Shown here piece by piece: positions 10,540-20,133 of a stretch of 64,000 bases of DNA (positions are counted from its first letter, which is position 1; each line of letters starts with the position of its first letter). The DNA is from an uncultured Pelagibacteraceae bacterium (GTDB lineage: Bacteria > Pseudomonadota > Alphaproteobacteria > Pelagibacterales > Pelagibacteraceae): positions 10,502 to 74,501 of the forward strand of contig CACMUH010000002.1 in NCBI GenBank assembly GCA_902616875.1, read 5' to 3'. The notes beneath the pieces were generated by a model. The model saw nothing but the letters and a program-made list of their open reading frames with translations, searched no databases and was not told the origin of the DNA. The position numbers were made by a program, and so were the translations under genes.

Positions 10540-11638
10540 ATTTTGTGATTGAAATTATGGTTTCACAAGCAATAGCTTTTTCTTTTCCTATCAAACCTAA
10601 TTTTTCCACAGTTTTACCCTTTAAATTGATTTGATTTTCACTAAGGCCAGTTAATTTTGAGACTGATTTAATTATTTTGTTTCTATATTTTGAAACTCTT
10701 GGTTTCTGACAAATTAAGTTTATATCCAAGTTATTTATAATTAAATTAGATTTATTAAGATCGAATATAATTGGCTTTAGCATTTTTGGAGATCTAATAT
10801 TTTTAAATTTTTTTGTATTAGGAAAATATGTTCCAATATCTTTTTTTCTAATAGCTCCTAAAATGGAGTCAATAATTGCATGTAAAATTACATCCCCATC
10901 AGAATGACCCTCAAGACCTGAATGAAAAGGAATTTTTAATCCTCCAAGATAAAGTTTCTTATTTTTTACTAACTTATGAATATCGAAACCTATACCATAA
11001 AAAGTCTTGGGATTTTTTATATCATCAATATATGTAATTTTATTATTTGCCTTTTCACCTGGTATAAACTTGATTTTGAAATCTTTATTTATAAATAATG
11101 TTGCTTCATCAGTGACTTTATTTTTTTGACCTTTTGCAATTTTATATAGTTCTTTAAATCTAAATGCTTGAGGAGTCTGTGTTAATAATAAATTATTTCT
11201 GTTAAGATTAAATATTCGATTTTGAGTTTTATATTTTATTGTGTCTTTTGAATTGATAATTGGGACGACGGCTTTGTTATTTTTTAAATTTTTAGCTATA
11301 TTTTTGAGTAATCTAATTGAGAAATTAGGCCTAGCAGCATCATGTATAAAAACATTTTTTGGCTTATATCTTTTTAGAAATTCTAAAGCTTTAAAGGAAG
11401 AGTCTGATCTTTCTTTTCCTCCTTTAATGATACTTATTGATTTAGGATACTTCTTTTTTTTTAAATGTTTAAGATTATTTGAAACAATTAGAATTTTCTT
11501 AAATAGCTTTGAACTGAGGGATTTTTCAATGGAATGATCAATTATTTCCTTATTTTGGTAATTAAAGAATTGCTTTGGTATTTTTTTATTAAATCTCTTA
11601 CTTTTTCCAGCAGCTAATATTACAAAATAGTTGTTCAT
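10532..11638 (-). CDS. ispDF: Bifunctional IspD/IspF (MEP pathway)
   Basis: LAAGKSKRF, HDAARP, QTPQAF (IspD) fused to GIGFDIH, GHSDGDV (IspF). Confidence 0.95.
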   Translation of the reverse strand: MNNYFVILAAGKSKRFNKKIPKQFFNYQNKEIIDHSIEKSLSSKLFKKILIVSNNLKHLKKKKYPKSISIIKGGKERSDSSFKALEFLKRYKPKNVFIHDAARPNFSIRLLKNIAKNLKNNKAVVPIINSKDTIKYKTQNRIFNLNRNNLLLTQTPQAFRFKELYKIAKGQKNKVTDEATLFINKDFKIKFIPGEKANNKITYIDDIKNPKTFYGIGFDIHKLVKNKKLYLGGLKIPFHSGLEGHSDGDVILHAIIDSILGAIRKKDIGTYFPNTKKFKNIRSPKMLKPIIFDLNKSNLIINNLDINLICQKPRVSKYRNKIIKSVSKLTGLSENQINLKGKTVEKLGLIGKEKAIACETIISITKYD

Positions 11639-11664
11639 TCGTTTAAATACTATAATTCTAAATT

Positions 11665-13461
11665 ATGTTAGAATTTTTGAAAAAAAATATAATCATCATT
11701 ATTCTATCTAGTATCACACTATTTCTAGGTTTTTTAACCTTTTTGACATTTATTGATAGAAGTTTTGTTGATTTAAATGAAAAAAATTTACAATATTTAC
11801 TAATTTCAAATATTTTTTTACTTATTTTATTATTCATTTTTATTTTTGTAGAAGTTAAAAATTCAATTAAAATTGATATTGATAAAGATGGTTTAACATC
11901 AAATAAAAAATACATAACGTATTTTTCATTATTTACTTTAATACCATCAATTTTAATTTCTATTTTTTCCTTATTTCTTTTTTCTTTTGCTCTAGAAAAG
12001 TATTTCGATAAGAAAGTTACAACAGTTGTAAATAATTCCTATGAACTCGCTAAAAATTATGTTGAAGAAGTAAGAAATAAAATTCAATCAGATATAATTT
12101 TGATTGCTTTTGATACTAATAAAAGTGCGAATTTTTTAAATGAAAATGCAAAGGAGTATTTAAGGTTTTTAAATACACAAAAACTAATAAGGGATGTTGA
12201 CGAAATTCATATAATTGATGAAAATAAAAAACTATTATACTCAACTGAAAAAAAAGAAAAGTATATTCCTCCCGTTGATAAAGCGCTTAATTTAGTTCTT
12301 GAAGATGATAGACCATTAAAGATTATTGATACTAAAGCAAATATTTCAGCTGCAATAATGAGATTACAATCATCAAAAGATAGATTCATTTATGTGGTAA
12401 AATTTTTAGATAAAGATATTTCGAATTATTTAGCTGAGTCTCAAGAAGCTATAAATTTTTATTATACTGTTGAAGATAGAAGCACAGGCATAAAAATTTC
12501 CTTTTTTATCATTTATATTATAATTGTTTCATTGCTATTATTTATCTCTATTACAATAGCGATTAGATTTTCATCAAGATTTTTTAGATCTATAAACAAT
12601 CTCATACTAGCATCAACAGAAATAGGTCATGGTAATTTAAATACAAAAGTTCCAGAAATTAAAACTGATAAAGATATGGAAGTATTAAATAAAAACTTTA
12701 ATTCTATGATTAGTAGACTAAAAAATCAGCAAGAAAAATTAATTATTAATGAGAGATATAAAGCATGGGGAAACCTATCAAGAAAGTTAGCCCATGAAAT
12801 TAAAAATCCTCTGACACCAATACAATTAACAATAGATCGTATTAGAACTAAATACTCTGGACAAATAACTAATGAAGACCAACAATCATTCAAAGAAAAT
12901 TTAAAAATTATAAACTCTCAAATAAAACAAATAGAAAATTTAGTAAATGAATTTTCTGATTTTGCGAGAATGCCAAAACCTACTTTAAAGAGAAATAATT
13001 TAGTAAAGTTATTAAATGAAAATATCAAATTATTATCAGAGGTTAATAAATCCATTGAAATAAACTTTAATAAAAAAGATGAGGAGATTTTAATTGAATG
13101 TGACAAAGAGCAAATTTCAAGAGTTTTCATTAACCTGATAAAGAACTCTATTGAGAGCATCGAACAAAAAGTTGAAAAAAACCCTGATTTTAAAAAGAAA
13201 ATTTTAATTGATATTTCATCAAATAATGACCATATTTTTATATCAATAGAAGACAATGGTGTTGGTTTTGATGAAAATAATATAAAGGAAATTTTAAATC
13301 CATATTACACAACAAAAAAAAATGGAACTGGACTAGGCCTATCTATAGTAAACAAAATTATAAATGATCACAAAGGTGAACTTGAATTCATTCCAACTAA
13401 TAATGGTGCAAAAATACAGATAAGATTTTATTTTAATGACAACAGAAATATTAATAGTTGA
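11665..13461 (+). CDS. ntrY: NtrY-like sensor histidine kinase
   Basis: Multiple TMs, HAMP, LAHEIKNPLTPIQL H-box, EFSDFARMP, GTGLGL; upstream of ntrX. Confidence 0.92.
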   Translation: MLEFLKKNIIIIILSSITLFLGFLTFLTFIDRSFVDLNEKNLQYLLISNIFLLILLFIFIFVEVKNSIKIDIDKDGLTSNKKYITYFSLFTLIPSILISIFSLFLFSFALEKYFDKKVTTVVNNSYELAKNYVEEVRNKIQSDIILIAFDTNKSANFLNENAKEYLRFLNTQKLIRDVDEIHIIDENKKLLYSTEKKEKYIPPVDKALNLVLEDDRPLKIIDTKANISAAIMRLQSSKDRFIYVVKFLDKDISNYLAESQEAINFYYTVEDRSTGIKISFFIIYIIIVSLLLFISITIAIRFSSRFFRSINNLILASTEIGHGNLNTKVPEIKTDKDMEVLNKNFNSMISRLKNQQEKLIINERYKAWGNLSRKLAHEIKNPLTPIQLTIDRIRTKYSGQITNEDQQSFKENLKIINSQIKQIENLVNEFSDFARMPKPTLKRNNLVKLLNENIKLLSEVNKSIEINFNKKDEEILIECDKEQISRVFINLIKNSIESIEQKVEKNPDFKKKILIDISSNNDHIFISIEDNGVGFDENNIKEILNPYYTTKKNGTGLGLSIVNKIINDHKGELEFIPTNNGAKIQIRFYFNDNRNINS

Positions 13462-14791
13462 TGATAATGCGGATATAAGAAATATCCTAAATGAATTAAT
13501 TGTTGATGCTGGTTACAAAACTAGAGTTGCTGCTAATTATAATCAAGCGTTAAAAGAGATCGACAAAAAAATGCCTGATGTAGCTATCCTAGATGTAAAA
13601 TTAGATAAAGGTGATAATGATGGAATAGAGCTATTATCTCATATCAAGTCTAAAAATAAAGATGTACCAGTAATTATTATTACAGGGCATGCTAATATTG
13701 AAATGGCTGTTAATTCATTAAAGCATGGTGCATTTGAATTTGTTGAAAAACCTTTTGACCAAGCTAGATTATTAAACTTTATAACTAGAGCTGTTGAAAA
13801 TCTTCAATTAAAAAAACAAAATAAGGATTATGAAAATAAGTTATTTTCCTCATATGATTTAATAGGTGATAGTAAGAATATTTCTACAATACGTGAACAA
13901 ATAAAAAAGATATCTTTAACTGAGAGCAGGATTCTTATAAATGGGCCATCAGGTTCAGGGAAGGAATTAATTGCAAGAAAAATTCATAAAAATTCTAAAA
14001 GAGAAAAAAATCCATTTATTATTCTAAATGGAGCACTTCTTGACTCGGAAAAATATGAACAAGAATTATTTGGGGAAGAAAAAAGCGATGGTTCCATTTC
14101 ATATGGTGCTTTAGAAAAAGCTAATAAAGGCACTTTATTAATTGATCAAGTTTCTGAAATTCCTCTTGTCATTCAATCAAAAATATTAAGAGTTCTTATT
14201 GATCAAAAATTTAAAAGATTAAATGGTAATAATGATATCAATGTTGACGTTAGATTAATTTGTTCATCAAGTAAGGATTTAAAAGATGAAATAAAAATAG
14301 GTAATTTTAGAGAGGATCTCTATCATAGATTGAACGTTTTTGAAATTAACATTAAATCATTAAATGAAAGAATTTCTGATATACCTCTCTTAATAAGATA
14401 TTTTTCAAAAATGATTTCCTCAAATTACAATATTAAAGAATTAGATATTGATGAAAATGACTCATATATTTTGAATCATGATTGGAAAGGTAATGTAAGG
14501 GAACTAAGAAATTTGATTGAAAGAATTGCAATTTTACAACCTGATACAAAAGACAAAATTTCTAACATTGTAAAAGAGTCGTTAAAAAGCGACAATTATG
14601 ATGATAAAATTGGTGAAAATAGCTTATCTGTGCCATTAAAAGAAGCTAGAGAAAACTTTGAAAAAGAGTATTTAACTATTCAGCTTAAAAAATTTAATGG
14701 GAATATATCTAAAACAGCCAACTTTGTTGGCATGGAGAGAAGTGCTCTTCATAGAAAGCTTAAAGGCTTAGGAATAAAAGAATTTAACTAA
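13436..14791 (+). CDS. ntrX: NtrX response regulator (REC-AAA+-HTH)
   Basis: Receiver domain, GPSGSGKE, FREDLYHRL, GMERSALHRKLK HTH; no GAFTGA motif. Confidence 0.93.
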   Translation: MTTEILIVDDNADIRNILNELIVDAGYKTRVAANYNQALKEIDKKMPDVAILDVKLDKGDNDGIELLSHIKSKNKDVPVIIITGHANIEMAVNSLKHGAFEFVEKPFDQARLLNFITRAVENLQLKKQNKDYENKLFSSYDLIGDSKNISTIREQIKKISLTESRILINGPSGSGKELIARKIHKNSKREKNPFIILNGALLDSEKYEQELFGEEKSDGSISYGALEKANKGTLLIDQVSEIPLVIQSKILRVLIDQKFKRLNGNNDINVDVRLICSSSKDLKDEIKIGNFREDLYHRLNVFEINIKSLNERISDIPLLIRYFSKMISSNYNIKELDIDENDSYILNHDWKGNVRELRNLIERIAILQPDTKDKISNIVKESLKSDNYDDKIGENSLSVPLKEARENFEKEYLTIQLKKFNGNISKTANFVGMERSALHRKLKGLGIKEFN

Positions 14792-14792
14792 A

Positions 14793-16184
14793 ATGAATAT
14801 AATCATCTGTGGTGCTGGTAGAGTAGGTTTTACCATTGCAAAGTTATTGAGTGAACAAGGTCATTCGATAACAGTTATTGATCAATCAAGTGAGGACATC
14901 CAAAAAATCAATGATAGTTTGGATGTTAAGGCAATCGTTGGAAAAGCTACATATCCATCAATTCTTGAAAAAGCGAATGCCGCTGAAACAGATATGATTA
15001 TAGCAGTTACTAGAAATGATGAAATCAATATGCTTATTTGTCAAATAGCATTTTCAATATTTAATATTCAAAAAAAAATAGCAAGAATTAGATCACAAGA
15101 CTATCTAAACCCAAGATTTACAAGAGTTTATAATAAAGAGAATTTACCAATTGATGTGATTATTTCTCCTGAAATAGAAATTTCCAAATCAATTCAAAGA
15201 AAATTGGAGGCGCCAGGTGCATTAGATAGTGTGCCTTTTGCTGATAATAAAATAAGATTATTGGAGATATTCATCAAAGAGGATTGTAAATCTATAGGTA
15301 TTAAGTTTAATGAACTCACAAATAAGTACCCAAAATTAGAGGCCAATATTATTGGAATTAATAGAGATAATAAATTTTTTATTCCAAAAAAAACAGACTC
15401 GGTAAAAAAAGATGACAAAATTTATGTCATTATTAATTCGTCACAAATGTCAGAAACTCTTGAAGCATTTGGTCATGAGGAAAAAATTTCGAAAAAGATT
15501 TTGATTATAGGTGGAGGAAATATTGGTTTTAATTTAGCTAAGAACATTGAGGAGACTTTAGAAACAGTTCGAGTTAAAATTGTTGAAAAAAATAAGGAAC
15601 GAGCAGAGTTTTTAGCAAATCAACTTAATGATGCAATTGTTATAAATGGTGATGGTCTAGATGAAGAAGTTTTAACTGAAGCAAACTTAGGGGAAGCTGA
15701 AACTGTATTAGCTCTAACAAATGATGATGAAGATAACTTAATGGTCAGTGTGCTAGTTGAAAAATTTGCTAAAGACCAAAAAGATATAGATGATAAAAGA
15801 ACAATGGCATTAATTAATAAACCAAATTATTCACTTCTTCAATCATCATTAAAAATTGATGATTTAATTGATCCAAGAATGACGACTGTTTCAAGTATTT
15901 TAAAACATATCCACAAAGGAACAATTGAAAATGCATATACTTTATCAGACGGTGAATACGAGGTAATTGAAGCTGAAATAATTGAGACTTCTGAATTAAT
16001 CAACAAAGAAATTAAAAATTCTAATTTACCAGATGAACTAAGGATTGGTGCTGTATTAAGAGATAAAAAAATAATTATACCTAGATCCAATTTTGTTTTT
16101 AAAAAAGATGATAGAGTTGTATTTATTGTTAAAAAAGACTCTATATCTTTTGTTGAAAATATTTTTAGGTTAAGTTCAGTTTAA
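14793..16184 (+). CDS. trkA: Trk K+ uptake NAD-binding subunit
   Basis: Two RCK/Rossmann domains (GAGRVG, GGGNIG). Confidence 0.95.
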   Translation: MNIIICGAGRVGFTIAKLLSEQGHSITVIDQSSEDIQKINDSLDVKAIVGKATYPSILEKANAAETDMIIAVTRNDEINMLICQIAFSIFNIQKKIARIRSQDYLNPRFTRVYNKENLPIDVIISPEIEISKSIQRKLEAPGALDSVPFADNKIRLLEIFIKEDCKSIGIKFNELTNKYPKLEANIIGINRDNKFFIPKKTDSVKKDDKIYVIINSSQMSETLEAFGHEEKISKKILIIGGGNIGFNLAKNIEETLETVRVKIVEKNKERAEFLANQLNDAIVINGDGLDEEVLTEANLGEAETVLALTNDDEDNLMVSVLVEKFAKDQKDIDDKRTMALINKPNYSLLQSSLKIDDLIDPRMTTVSSILKHIHKGTIENAYTLSDGEYEVIEAEIIETSELINKEIKNSNLPDELRIGAVLRDKKIIIPRSNFVFKKDDRVVFIVKKDSISFVENIFRLSSV

Positions 16185-16188
16185 TTAG

Positions 16189-17595
16189 ATGTTTGGATTG
16201 CAAATTAAATATCTAAGTTTCTTTTTTGGATTAATTTTTATCTTTTCTTTTTTTAATATAATTTATTCTTACTATTTCAATCTTTATTTAAACTTAGATA
16301 CTTATTATTTAAGTTTATTTTTATCTTTTGTTCTGGCAATTCTTTTCTATAGTTTTAAAATATCACCCAAAAAAACATCAATTTTTCAAAAAATTTTAAC
16401 TGTTTTTCTGGGATATATTTTACTACCTTTAGTTTTATCTATTCCTTTTTATCTAAGTATTTATAATTTAACTTTTATAAATTCTTTTTTTGAATCAGTT
16501 TCAGGTTTTACCTCTACTGGTTTTACTATCTTTGAAAATATAAAAAATATTGATCAAAGTCTGATATTATGGAGGTCAACTATCCAATGGGTAGGAGGAT
16601 TGTATTTCTTATTCTCAATAATTTATCTAATAGATATTTATGATGAAAATTTCAAAAAAACGTTAACAAATTTTTTTTCATTTAATACATCTGAAATATT
16701 TAAACAAGCTATTAAAGTATTTTTTATATATTCAGGTATAACTTTAGTAATTTTTATAATATTGAATTTATTTTCTATAAGGACTTTCGACTCATTAAAT
16801 TTAGCATTTTCTTTAATTTCTTCAGGGGGTTTTTTACCTACAAACAATTTGTCAAATATAATAAAGAATGACACTCAAACAATTGTTTTATCATTTTTAA
16901 TGTTAGCATCCTTTTTTAGTATTTTTTTTAGTTATAATTTATTTTTCTTTAAGAAAAAAAATATTAATTTTCTATATGAGGATATTAATTTAATAATTTA
17001 TTTCATAATAGTTTTAATAATTTTCTTTTTATTCTTTAGTTTTAATCAGAATTTTTTGAATTATTTTTTATCAATATCAAGCAGTATGTCGAATATTGGT
17101 TTTGCACTAGATAATTCAAATACAAATTTGACTTTCATTTATTTGATTTTGGTAATTATTGGAGGATCTTTTTTCTCTACCAGCTCAGGATTAAGATTCA
17201 TGAAGATTTATTCTTTATTTAAATACTCAGTAAATCAAATTTTATCATTCAGCAGACCAAAGAATATATATAAGAACAAGTTATTTTTCTCTGAAATTAA
17301 TTTTGACTTTGATGAGATAAGTAAATATTTTTTATCAGTTCTTATATTTATTTTATCACTTTTTATTTTAACAATTTTGTTGACCATAAATGAATTTAAC
17401 TTTGAAAATTCATTTAAACTATCTATCTTAACATTAATGAATACTGTTAATTCAAGCTCATATGGTTTAGGTGATCTGACTTTTTATAACCTTTCATATT
17501 TTACCAAATATTGTCTTATTTTTTTCATGATTGTTGGACGAATTGAGTTGTTAACAATCTTGCTTCTTATGAAAAAATTTCTTTTTAAAAATTAA
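16189..17595 (+). CDS. trkH: Trk K+ uptake membrane subunit (divergent)
   Basis: FESVSGFTSTG, LWRSTIQWVGG, MIVGRIE; follows trkA. Confidence 0.85.
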   Translation: MFGLQIKYLSFFFGLIFIFSFFNIIYSYYFNLYLNLDTYYLSLFLSFVLAILFYSFKISPKKTSIFQKILTVFLGYILLPLVLSIPFYLSIYNLTFINSFFESVSGFTSTGFTIFENIKNIDQSLILWRSTIQWVGGLYFLFSIIYLIDIYDENFKKTLTNFFSFNTSEIFKQAIKVFFIYSGITLVIFIILNLFSIRTFDSLNLAFSLISSGGFLPTNNLSNIIKNDTQTIVLSFLMLASFFSIFFSYNLFFFKKKNINFLYEDINLIIYFIIVLIIFFLFFSFNQNFLNYFLSISSSMSNIGFALDNSNTNLTFIYLILVIIGGSFFSTSSGLRFMKIYSLFKYSVNQILSFSRPKNIYKNKLFFSEINFDFDEISKYFLSVLIFILSLFILTILLTINEFNFENSFKLSILTLMNTVNSSSYGLGDLTFYNLSYFTKYCLIFFMIVGRIELLTILLLMKKFLFKN

Positions 17596-17623
17596 TTAAT
17601 TATTGTATATGTATTATGATTTT

Positions 17624-17700
17624 GCGCCCTTAGCTCAGCTGGATAGAGCATCGGTTTTCTAAACCGAGGGTCGTAGGTTCGAATCCTTCAGGGCGCGCCA
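17624..17700 (+). tRNA. tRNA-Arg(TCT)
   Basis: Cloverleaf GCGCCCT...AGGGCGC-G-CCA; anticodon arm TCGGT-TT-TCT-AA-ACCGA; GGTTCGAATCC T-arm. Confidence 0.97.
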
Positions 17701-17828
17701 TTACTAGCACATTTTTGGTCAAAATTTATCTTGACTAGATTTTCAATTAATTTGAAATGAGATTAAATTTCCCTTGAACCCCTATTTTTATCATGCTTAA
17801 ATTAAGGATATTCAAAAGTAATTTTGAA

Positions 17829-17846
17829 TTATTTGTTAACAAATAA
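17829..17846. promoter_or_regulatory. Perfect 18-bp palindrome TTATTTGTTAACAAATAA, candidate operator upstream of aapJ
   Basis: Read directly; ends 19 bp before the ATG, downstream of a TTGAAC-N17-TTAAAT promoter candidate (17774-17802). Confidence 0.4.
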
Positions 17847-17865
17847 ATAAACAATAGGAAGAAAT

Positions 17866-18906
17866 ATGTTTAAATACTTAAAACAATTAACTTCTTTAGT
17901 TGCTATGGTTGCTGTGTTGTTCACTTTTACAACAGAGTCTATGGCTGCTAAAAAATCCAAAACACTTAAAAACACTCAGAAAAAAGGGTTTGTAAGATGT
18001 GGAGTATCTCAAGGTCTTCCAGGATTTTCTAATGCTGATGCTGCAGGAAATTGGACTGGTGTTGACGTTGATGTATGTAGAGCGGTAGCTGCTGCAGTAT
18101 TAGGTGATGCAAACAAAGTTAAGTTTACACCACTAAGTGCTAAAGAAAGATTTACTGCTTTAACTTCTGGTGAGATTGATATCTTATCAAGAAACACAAC
18201 TTGGACTCTTTCTAGAGATGCTGATATCGGACTTACTTTCGTTGGAGTAAACTTCTACGATGGTCAAGGCTTTATGGTAAGAAAAAGCTCAGGTATCACT
18301 TCAACTAGCCAATTCAAAGATGGTATCTCAGCTTGTACAAACATTGGTACAACAACTGAGTTAAACATGAGAGACTTCTTTAACTCAAAAGGAATTTCTT
18401 ATGAGCCAGTTGCATTTGAAAAAGCTGACGAAGTTGTTGCTGCTTACGATGCAGGTAGATGTGATACATACACTACTGATAAATCTGGTTTAGCTGCTCA
18501 AAGAACAAAAATGAAAAACCCTGATGAACACATTGTTCTACCAGAAACTATTTCTAAAGAACCTTTAGGACCAGTTGTTAGACAAGGTGATGCAGTTTGG
18601 GAAGATATCGTTAGATGGTCTTTGAACACTATGATCGAAGCTGAAGAATATGGTATTACTTCAGCAAATGCAGACATGATGAAAACTTCAGACAACCCAG
18701 CAATCAAAAGATTAGTTGGAGCTGAAGGTGAGTTAGGTGCTGCTTTTGGTCTAGACAACGACTGGAGCCTAAGAATTATCAAGCAAGTTGGTAATTATGG
18801 TGAAAGTTATAAGAGAAATATAGCTGACACTGGAATTTTACCAGACAGAGGTCCAAACCAATTATGGACAAAAGGCGGAATACTTTACGTTCCACCTGCA
18901 AGATAA
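17866..18906 (+). CDS. aapJ: General L-amino acid ABC transporter substrate-binding protein (AapJ/YhdW/BztA)
   Basis: Signal peptide, CGVSQGLPGFS, LSRNTTWT, FYDGQGF, ISKEPLGP, VGNYGE. Confidence 0.94.
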   Translation: MFKYLKQLTSLVAMVAVLFTFTTESMAAKKSKTLKNTQKKGFVRCGVSQGLPGFSNADAAGNWTGVDVDVCRAVAAAVLGDANKVKFTPLSAKERFTALTSGEIDILSRNTTWTLSRDADIGLTFVGVNFYDGQGFMVRKSSGITSTSQFKDGISACTNIGTTTELNMRDFFNSKGISYEPVAFEKADEVVAAYDAGRCDTYTTDKSGLAAQRTKMKNPDEHIVLPETISKEPLGPVVRQGDAVWEDIVRWSLNTMIEAEEYGITSANADMMKTSDNPAIKRLVGAEGELGAAFGLDNDWSLRIIKQVGNYGESYKRNIADTGILPDRGPNQLWTKGGILYVPPAR

Positions 18907-18924
18907 TTGTAGTTTAAATTAATT

Positions 18925-18957
18925 AAAAAGGGCTAGATTTTTCTAGCCCTTTTTTTT
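18925..18957 (+). terminator. Rho-independent terminator / mRNA-stabilising hairpin after aapJ
   Basis: AAAAAGGGCTAGA-TTTT-TCTAGCCCTTTTTTTT. Confidence 0.88.
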
Positions 18958-18981
18958 ATAAACTCATATATTATCGCCAAA

Positions 18982-20133
18982 GTGAATTTTAAACTTAAAG
19001 ATATAGTCCCACAATTAATTACAGTTTTAGCTGTAGTCTTAGTTTTCGGTTTTTTTACTTATAACGCTCAAATCAATATGGAAAATAGAGGTATTGATTT
19101 TGGTTATGGTTTTCTATCTCAAGAATCTTCTTTTGACGTTCAGTTTTCATTAATTGAATATGATGGATCACATTCATATTTTAGAGCGTATTTAGTTGGT
19201 CTTTTAAATACAATACTTGTATCTGTTATTGGAATAATTATTGCAACAATCTTAGGAGTAATAGTTGGTATAGCAAGATTATCCCCTAATTATTTAATTA
19301 ATAAGTTTGCAGCTTTCTATGTAGAGTTTTTTCGAAATATTCCATTACTACTTCAAATTTTCTTTTGGTATTTTGCTGCATTACGTGCTTTGCCACTTCC
19401 ACAAGATGCTGAAGCAATGTTTGGAGTTTTTTTTCTAACTATAAAAGGGTTATATGTTCCAGCATTTATTTGGCAAAATTTTAATATTTTCTTTTATTCA
19501 ATTATAGCTGCAATCATAGCAATCATTGTTATACGAGCGCATGCCAAAAAAGTTCAGGAAAATCAAGGTAAACAAATTCCAGTTTTTTTAATTTCTATAG
19601 GACTAATATTTATTCTTCCACTTTTAAGTTTTTTAATTGGAGGCGTAAGACTTTCTTTTGAAGTTCCTGTTTTGAAACAATTGGCAACAACGTCTTTTAT
19701 TTATGAGGGTGGAGTTAGCTTACCCCCAGAATTGATAGCATTAACATTATCTTTATCTTTATATACAGCAACATTTATCGCAGAATGTGTCAGAGCTGGA
19801 ATTCAAGGTGTTGGTAAAGGTCAAAAAGAGGCAGCAGCATCAATTGGACTTACCCCTAACCAAGTACTTAAATTAGTAATTATGCCTCAAGCTTTGAGAA
19901 TAATAATTCCGCCAACAACAAACCAATACTTAAATTTAACTAAAAATTCATCTTTAGCGGCAGCAATAGCTTATCCAGATTTAGTATTAGTTTTCGCTGG
20001 AACAGCATTAATGCAAACCGGTAAAGCAATTGAAATAGTATCAATCACCATGTTTACTTATCTAACTTTGAGTATTTCAATCTCAATTTTAATGAACTGG
20101 TATAACAAAAAAATAGCTATTCAGGAGAAATAA
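18982..20133 (+). CDS. aapQ: Amino acid ABC transporter permease (AapQ/YhdX)
   Basis: VGLLNT, FRNIPLLLQ, GQKEAA, LNLTKNSSLA. Confidence 0.92.
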   Translation: MNFKLKDIVPQLITVLAVVLVFGFFTYNAQINMENRGIDFGYGFLSQESSFDVQFSLIEYDGSHSYFRAYLVGLLNTILVSVIGIIIATILGVIVGIARLSPNYLINKFAAFYVEFFRNIPLLLQIFFWYFAALRALPLPQDAEAMFGVFFLTIKGLYVPAFIWQNFNIFFYSIIAAIIAIIVIRAHAKKVQENQGKQIPVFLISIGLIFILPLLSFLIGGVRLSFEVPVLKQLATTSFIYEGGVSLPPELIALTLSLSLYTATFIAECVRAGIQGVGKGQKEAAASIGLTPNQVLKLVIMPQALRIIIPPTTNQYLNLTKNSSLAAAIAYPDLVLVFAGTALMQTGKAIEIVSITMFTYLTLSISISILMNWYNKKIAIQEK

